A stretch of 64,000 nt of DNA from an uncultured Gemmatimonadales bacterium (GTDB lineage: Bacteria; Gemmatimonadota; Gemmatimonadetes; Gemmatimonadales; GWC2-71-9). Location of the stretch: the NCBI GenBank assembly GCA_963728915.1, contig CAVSLV010000004.1:1-64000 (forward strand). The letters are read 5' to 3'. Below, piece by piece: positions 56,721 to 64,000 of the stretch (position 1 is its first letter; the number at the start of each line of letters is the position of its first letter). The translations under genes were made by a program, and so were the position numbers. The notes below the pieces were generated by a model. That model was not told the DNA's origin. It saw nothing but the letters and a program-made list of their open reading frames with translations, and made no database searches.

Positions 56721-58403
56721 CTACTTGAACGAAGGATCCCGCCACACGGTACGACCGTCGAGCAGGGTCAGCAACACGCGAGTCCGATGGATGTCCCCGG
56801 CGGGAATCCGGAACAGGTCCTGATCCAGCACGATCAGATCCGCGGCTTTGCCGGGCTCGAGTGTCCCGGCGACCACCTCTTCGCCCACCGCGTACGCGCT
56901 CCCGTAGGTGTAGGCGCGCAGGATGGTCGCGAGGGAGACCTGTTCATCGGGGAGCCAGACCGGTCCGGGCGGTCCATCGACGTCTCGACGGGTCACCGCG
57001 ACCTGGATTGCGTCCAGGGGGTTCATCGAGGAAACCGGCCAATCGCTTCCTGCCGCGAGGAGGGCGCCCGTTCTGGCGACCGAACCAATCGGGTAGAGGT
57101 GCGCCGACCGCTCGGGGCCGAGTACCGGCTCGGTCAGCCGGGTGATGTACTCGTCCTGCTGGGCCCAGAGCGGCTGGAAGACCGGGATGACGTCCTGCTC
57201 GGCGAATCGGGGAATGTCGGCGGAGTCGATCAGCTCGAGGTGGGCAATCATCGGACGGGCGTCGCGTGGACCGTTGAGGGCGCGGGCGAACGCGTAGGCA
57301 TTCAGTGCCATGCGTACCGCTCGATCTCCGATGGCGTGCGCATGGACCTGGAACGCCGCCGCGTCCAGCGCCGCCACGATGGTGTCCAGCTTTTCCGGGG
57401 AGAAATTGGCCGGTCCCCGGCTGCCGGTTCCCAGGTACGGTGCGAGCAGGGCCGCGGTCCCGGCTTCGATCACCCCGTCCACGAAGACCTTGGCGGCCTT
57501 GGGGAAGAAGTAGTGCCGCCCCGCGAATCGCCCTCGCCAGGCCCGCAACGAATCCACCTGGCTCACCGGAGCCCTGGGATCCACCTCGATGGCGGCGACG
57601 ATCCGGGCATTCAGCTTGCCGAGGCTGTCGAGGGCCGCATACGCGGCGAGCAGGGTCGTGTCGGCGTCGGCATCGTAGAGCGCGACGATGCCGAATTGAT
57701 TCGCCATGGCAATCGCTCGGAGCAGGCCATCCTGGATTTCTTCAGGGGTCCGGGGAGGCAGCACCCGGGTGACCAGCTCCATCGCGCTTTCCCGGAGGGT
57801 CCCGGAGGGCTCGCCGGTCTTCGGATCCCGTTCGATTCTGCCGTTCGGCGGATCCGGAGTCGCGCGGTCGATCCCGGCCAGGGCCAGCGTCCTGGAATTC
57901 ACCCAGGCGGAGTGCCCATCGGCGGCCCGCAGGTACATGGGCCGCTGCACATCGATCGAATCGAGCCATTCTTTTCGGGGATTCGCCTCGGGGAAAACCG
58001 GGAGCTGCCAGCCGCTCCCCCGGATCCACGGAGCCTCGGGATGCTGAGCCGCAAACCGTCGGACCGAATCCAGCACCGCTTGCGCGGTGCGGAGATTGTC
58101 CAGGGTGCATTCGCCGAGCTGGATTCCGCCGCGCGGGTGAACGTGAGCGTCCCGGAACGCCGGCAACACCATGCGTCCCTTGAGATCGAGGACGGTAGTG
58201 CGCCGCCCGATATAGCTCCCCGCTCCTTCATCGTCGCCGACATACACCACTCGGCCGTCCCGCACCGCGAGGGCCTGGGCCGGCGCGGAGTCCTCCGCCA
58301 CCGGATAGACTACCCCATGGCGGAGCACCAGGTCGGCGGGGTCGCCATGCCGGCATCCGAGGATTGAAAGCAGGATCAGCGCGATGCGGGAGCGGCTCAG
58401 CAT
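56721..58403 (-). CDS. Amidohydrolase 3 (YtcJ-like) lipoprotein
   Basis: Lipobox ILGC; DAHVH, ADGHSAWVNS, HAIGD, AHLE, GSDWPV. Confidence 0.92.
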   Translation of the reverse strand: MLSRSRIALILLSILGCRHGDPADLVLRHGVVYPVAEDSAPAQALAVRDGRVVYVGDDEGAGSYIGRRTTVLDLKGRMVLPAFRDAHVHPRGGIQLGECTLDNLRTAQAVLDSVRRFAAQHPEAPWIRGSGWQLPVFPEANPRKEWLDSIDVQRPMYLRAADGHSAWVNSRTLALAGIDRATPDPPNGRIERDPKTGEPSGTLRESAMELVTRVLPPRTPEEIQDGLLRAIAMANQFGIVALYDADADTTLLAAYAALDSLGKLNARIVAAIEVDPRAPVSQVDSLRAWRGRFAGRHYFFPKAAKVFVDGVIEAGTAALLAPYLGTGSRGPANFSPEKLDTIVAALDAAAFQVHAHAIGDRAVRMALNAYAFARALNGPRDARPMIAHLELIDSADIPRFAEQDVIPVFQPLWAQQDEYITRLTEPVLGPERSAHLYPIGSVARTGALLAAGSDWPVSSMNPLDAIQVAVTRRDVDGPPGPVWLPDEQVSLATILRAYTYGSAYAVGEEVVAGTLEPGKAADLIVLDQDLFRIPAGDIHRTRVLLTLLDGRTVWRDPSFK

Positions 58404-58425
58404 CCCTGCAAGGTAACTTTCTTCC
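58404..58425. promoter_or_regulatory. Overlapping divergent -10 boxes (bidirectional leaderless promoter)
   Basis: Plus-strand TAACTT (58414-58419) is 6 nt before ATG58426; minus-strand TACCTT (58415-58410) is 6 nt before ATG58403. Confidence 0.6.
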
Positions 58426-59757
58426 ATGCCCCGCCGTTACCCCGACACGCCCCTCCTCTACCGCAGCCTGGTTCGCAACTATCCGCTGATCGTCAAGGCG
58501 CAGGGCTGCTGGGTGCACGACGAGGAGGGCCACAGCTATCTCGACGGATGTGGCGGCGCATTCGTCACCTCGCTGGGGCACGGGGTGGACGAGGTCGTCA
58601 CGGCGGTCGCCGCGACCACCCGGGAGGTGGGATACGTCAGCGGATTCGCGTTCACCAATCCCGCCGCCGAAACGCTCGCCGAGGAGCTGGCCACCCTCGC
58701 CCTGGGCGACCTGCGGCACTTTTTCTTCGTCTCCAGCGGGTCCGATGCGATCGAGGCCGCCGTCAAGCTGGCGCGGCAATACTGGGTCGAGCTGGGGCGC
58801 TTATCGAAACGACATGTCATCGCCCTGACACCGGCCTACCATGGCAACACCCTGCTGGCCCTCTCGCTCGGAGCCCGCCGGCACTATCAGCAATTCTTCC
58901 AGCCCTGGCTCCTCGAGGTGCCGCGGCTTCCGGCGCCATACGCCTATCGCTGCTCCTGCCGGGGCAGGGATGCATCGTGTCCTCGATGCAGCGGCACCGC
59001 CCTCGATGCCCTGATCCAGGAGCTCGGTCCGGAAAACGTGGCGGCCTTCGTGGCGGAGCCGATCGGCGGTTCGTCGACCGGCGCGGCGGTGCCCCGGGAG
59101 GATTACTGGCGGACCATCCGGGAAATCTGCACCCGGCATGAGGTATTGTGGATCGCCGACGAGATCCTGGTCGGGGCGGGGCGTACCGGGACCTGGTCGT
59201 CGCTCACGCCGTTCGACGCGGTTCCGGATCTCCAGGTGATGGGCAAGGGACTGAGCGGAGGCTACGCCCCGCTCGCCTCGGTCGCGGTGCCGCGCCGGAT
59301 CGGCGATGCCATCGCGGCGGGGTCCGGGGGCGTGCTGCATGCCCAGACGTTCGTGCACGCCCCCGCGATCTGCGCGGCGGGAATCGCGGCGATCCGGTAT
59401 CTTCGTCGGCACGAGTTGCTGGCCCGCTGCCGGGACATGGGCGCGCTGCTGCACCGGAAGCTCGCCGCGCTGGGCGGCCTGCCCTGCGTGGGCGACATCC
59501 GGGGCCGGGGTCTCCTGGCGGGAATCGAATTCGTGGCGGATCGGGAGACCCGGGCGCCGTTCCCCCGGGCAAAGCGCTTCGCCGAGCGGTTCACCGCGGC
59601 CGCCGAACGCCTGGGGCTGCTGGTATGGCCTAACACGGGACAGGCGGACGGCGTGAATGGGGATCTGGTGATGCTGGCGCCGCCCTTCGTGATCAGCGAA
59701 GCCGAAATCGACCTGATCGTGGAGCGGCTGGGCCAGGCGATGGAGGCGATGGACTAG
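58426..59757 (+). CDS. Class III aminotransferase
   Basis: YLDGCGG, SSGSDAIE, YHGNT, AEPIGG, ADEI..G.GRTG, GKGLSGGY. Confidence 0.92.
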   Translation: MPRRYPDTPLLYRSLVRNYPLIVKAQGCWVHDEEGHSYLDGCGGAFVTSLGHGVDEVVTAVAATTREVGYVSGFAFTNPAAETLAEELATLALGDLRHFFFVSSGSDAIEAAVKLARQYWVELGRLSKRHVIALTPAYHGNTLLALSLGARRHYQQFFQPWLLEVPRLPAPYAYRCSCRGRDASCPRCSGTALDALIQELGPENVAAFVAEPIGGSSTGAAVPREDYWRTIREICTRHEVLWIADEILVGAGRTGTWSSLTPFDAVPDLQVMGKGLSGGYAPLASVAVPRRIGDAIAAGSGGVLHAQTFVHAPAICAAGIAAIRYLRRHELLARCRDMGALLHRKLAALGGLPCVGDIRGRGLLAGIEFVADRETRAPFPRAKRFAERFTAAAERLGLLVWPNTGQADGVNGDLVMLAPPFVISEAEIDLIVERLGQAMEAMD

Positions 59758-59769
59758 AGGGGGGACGCT

Positions 59770-61076
<1,307 letters not shown>

Positions 61077-61098
<22 letters not shown>

Positions 61099-63614
61099 TC
61101 CGGGCGCTCGCGGCGGCGCTCCTTCCCGGCGCCCTCTTCGCGCAACGGGCGCCGGTCCTCAAACAGATCGACGTTCCCCACTCCTACTACTACCGGGAGA
61201 TGTATCTCCCCCAGCTCACCACCGGGCCATCCTCGGTGAGCTGGTCCCCCGACGGGTTCGAGCTGGTCTACTCGATGGCCGGGAGCCTCTGGCGGCAGCG
61301 GGTCGGGTCCGATAGCGCGATCCAGCTGACCGATGAGGCGGGTTATGACTACCAGCCGGACTGGTCTCCCGACGGTCGGTTCGTGGCGTACACCTCCTAC
61401 CGGAACGACGCGCTCGAGCTCCGGCTGCTCGATCTCACCGACGGGACGACCCGCGCGCTCGTGGCGGATGGCGCCGTCAACCTGGACCCGCGCTGGTCTC
61501 CCGATGGATCGCGGATCGCGTTCGTCTCGACCGCCCTGCATGGACGCTGGCAGGTCTTTCTGCTCCCGATGGCCAGTGGCGCCGCGTCGGGTCCCCCGAT
61601 GCGGATCACCGAGGAGCACGAAAGCGGCCTCCCGCGTTATTACTACAGCGCTTTCGATCATTACCTCTCCCCGGCCTGGTCGCCCGACGGGAACGAATTG
61701 CTGCTGGTCTCGAACCGGGGGCACGTGTGGGGTTCCGGCGGGATCTGGCGGACGGAAGCCCGCACCGGCGCTCCCATGCGGGAGATCCGCAACGAGGAAA
61801 CCACCTGGAAAGCGCGCCCCGACTGGGCCCGGGACGGCAAGCGGGTCGTGTACAGCTCCTATCTGGGCGGCCAGCGCAACCAGCTCTGGCTCACCACCGC
61901 GGACGGCGGCGATCCCTTCCAGCTCACCTACTGCGCCTGCGATCACACCGCGCCGCGCTGGTCCCCCGACGGGAAGCGCATCGGGTTCATCAGCAACGAG
62001 GCCGGCTCGCTGTCGCTCCAGATCGTGACCGTCCCGGGCGGGCGGATCGAGACGGTTCGCCAGCGGTCCCGGCGCTATCTGCGCCCGCACGGCGGGTTAC
62101 GGATTGCGCTGGGCGATTCGGGCGCGGCAACCCCGGCCCGGATCTCGGTGACCGGGGCGGACGGACGGGGCTGGGGCCCGGACGGCGCCATGCTCCACGC
62201 CGACGATGGTTTCGACCGGAAGCTCCGGAGCTTCGAGCCGACCTATTTCCATGCCCGGGGCCCCGTCGACCTCTCTCTCCCGGTCGGCCGCTATACCGTG
62301 CTGGTGCGCCGGGGCTTCGAGTACCGCGCGGTGAGCCGGGAGGTCACCATCACCGCCGGATCGCACCTCACGCTCCCGGTTCGCCTGACCCGGCTGCTCG
62401 ACCTTCCCGCGCTGGGCTGGTGGAGCGGCGACCTGCACGTCCATATGAACTACGGGGGCGCCTACCGGATGGACGTGCCCCGGCTGCGGGGCCAGGCGGA
62501 GGCCGAAGACCTCCACGTGGTGGAGGATCTGATCGTGAACAAGGAGCAGCGGATCCCCGATATCGCGGAGTTCCGGCCCGGGGGCCGCCCCGATCCGCGC
62601 TCCTCATCGCGGACCCTCATCCGGCATGACGAGGAGTATCACACCTCGTACTGGGGCCACACCGGCCACCTGGGCCTGACCCGGAACCTGATCCTGCCGA
62701 ACTACGCGGGTTATGCCAACACCCCCGCGGCGAGCCTCTTCCCCGACAACAGCACCATCTTCGATCTGTCGCACGCCCAGGGCGGGGTGAGCGGATACGT
62801 GCACCCCTTCGACGAGGATCCCGACCCCAACGCGGCGGCGCCGCTCACCCATGCGCTCCCGGTCGATGTCGCGCTCGGCAAGGTGGACTACCTGGAGGTC
62901 CTGGGGTTTTCCGACCACCTCGCGACGGCGAAGGTGTGGTACCGGCTGCTGAACTGCGGGTTCCGTCTCCCCGCCGGCGCGGGCACCGATGCGATGACCA
63001 ACTATGCCTCGCTCCATGGTCCGGTCGGGCTCAATCGCGTTTTCGTGCACTCGGGGCCCCGGCTCGACTATCCCGCCTGGCTCGCCGGGCTCAAGACGGG
63101 TCGCACCTTCGCGAGCAACGGGCCGCTGCTCCGGTTCACCCTCAACGGCCGGGAAGCGGGCGACGAGCTTCGCTTCGCCGGCGGCGTGCATCAGCTCACC
63201 GCCCGGGTCTCGCTCCGGTCCAATGTCCCGGTCGAACGGCTGGAAATCGTCGCCAACGGGACGGTCGTGGCGCGGATTCCCCTGGGCCGGGACAGCACCC
63301 GAGCCGACGCCGAGGTGCCCCTGCCGGTGACCCGGAGCGGGTGGTTCACCCTGCGGGCATGGTCCTCCCACTCGGATCCCGGCGTGCTCGATGCCTATCC
63401 CTTTGCGACCACCAGCCCGATCTACGTGACGGTGGCGGATCGTCCAGTACGGTCTCCCGACGACGCACGTTTCTTCGCGCGCTGGATCGAGCGGCTGGAA
63501 GCCGCCGCATCGAGTCACGCCGGTTGGAACACCCCGGCGGAAAAACACGACGTTCTCGATCGGCTGGCCCGGGCCAAGGCGATCTTCAGAGAACGCGCAG
63601 GCGACCGGGAATGA
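61077..63614 (+). CDS. Secreted TolB/PD40-repeat protein fused to a PHP-like (CehA/McbA-type) metallohydrolase; start uncertain
   Basis: Six W(S/A)xDG repeats; GDLHVH, GH, HP, GAGTD, G.TFASNGP motifs. Confidence 0.85.
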
Positions 63615-64000
63615 TTTCGACGGTGAGGGAGCGGGTTGCCGGGAGATTCTCTCCATCCGCTTCGACCGGCGCGCCCGGATCGGCCCGGATTTCGACCGGG
63701 CCAGTCAACCCGCTGACCCGATAGACCTGCCGCATCGCGAGGTGACGGCCGCTCCGGAGCCGCGCCAGCGCGCCGAGGGCCTGGAGCCGTGACATCGGCC
63801 CGATCACCACGAGGTCGCCGGCGCCGTCGTCCGGCTTGGATCCCGGAGCGATCAGAAGACCGCCCCCGAACCCCGCCCCGTTGGCGAAGGTGACGTTGAT
63901 CGCCCGATCGCGATACAGAATCTCTTCCCCGATCCGGATCTCGTAACCCGCCATGCCCGCACCGGCGAGTGCCAGCACCCCGGCAACCGGATAGCGCGAT
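63586..64000 (-). CDS. Diacylglycerol/lipid kinase family protein, C-terminal part (truncated by window edge)
   Basis: ANGAGFGGG..IAP....DDG..D and ADGE motifs. Confidence 0.85.
   Translation of the reverse strand, partial: SRYPVAGVLALAGAGMAGYEIRIGEEILYRDRAINVTFANGAGFGGGLLIAPGSKPDDGAGDLVVIGPMSRLQALGALARLRSGRHLAMRQVYRVSGLTGPVEIRADPGAPVEADGENLPATRSLTVEIIPGRLRVL

Noticed and set aside
44..59634. GTTAGG/CCTAAC as integron attC cores or telomere-like repeats
   Set aside because: Copies are isolated, mostly intragenic, neither paired as hairpins nor tandem; no integrase is present.

Overview
GC-rich bacterial chromosomal window with about 55 genes. The gene content (PadR + ADOP permease, VPS10/BNR hydrolases, plug-only TonB proteins, SWIB protein, BlaI/M56-HEAT) suggests Gemmatimonadota or a similar lineage; this is inference. 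The standout is a ~9.2-kb six-gene cluster (11745-20964) that looks like a complete cytoplasm-to-surface electron conduit. It encodes a membrane-anchored ferredoxin/NAD(P)H-flavoprotein, a His-rich inner-membrane protein, a 23-heme cytochrome c, a Zn-ribbon membrane protein, an outer-membrane beta-barrel, and a 34-heme cytochrome built from 219-bp triheme tandem repeats. Two of these genes are split by single-base insertions, so the ORF track hides them. A second signal spans the whole window: the 9-mer CGGGTTAGG occurs at least 14 times on both strands, mostly inside genes and in different frames. Also present are three toxin-antitoxin pairs, readable operators for VapB, PadR and BlaI, a bidirectional leaderless promoter, a motif-permuted four-domain multicopper oxidase, and many secreted hydrolases and peptidases. 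No rRNA, tRNA, CRISPR array or transposase was recognised. All family calls come from motif recognition, not database searches.
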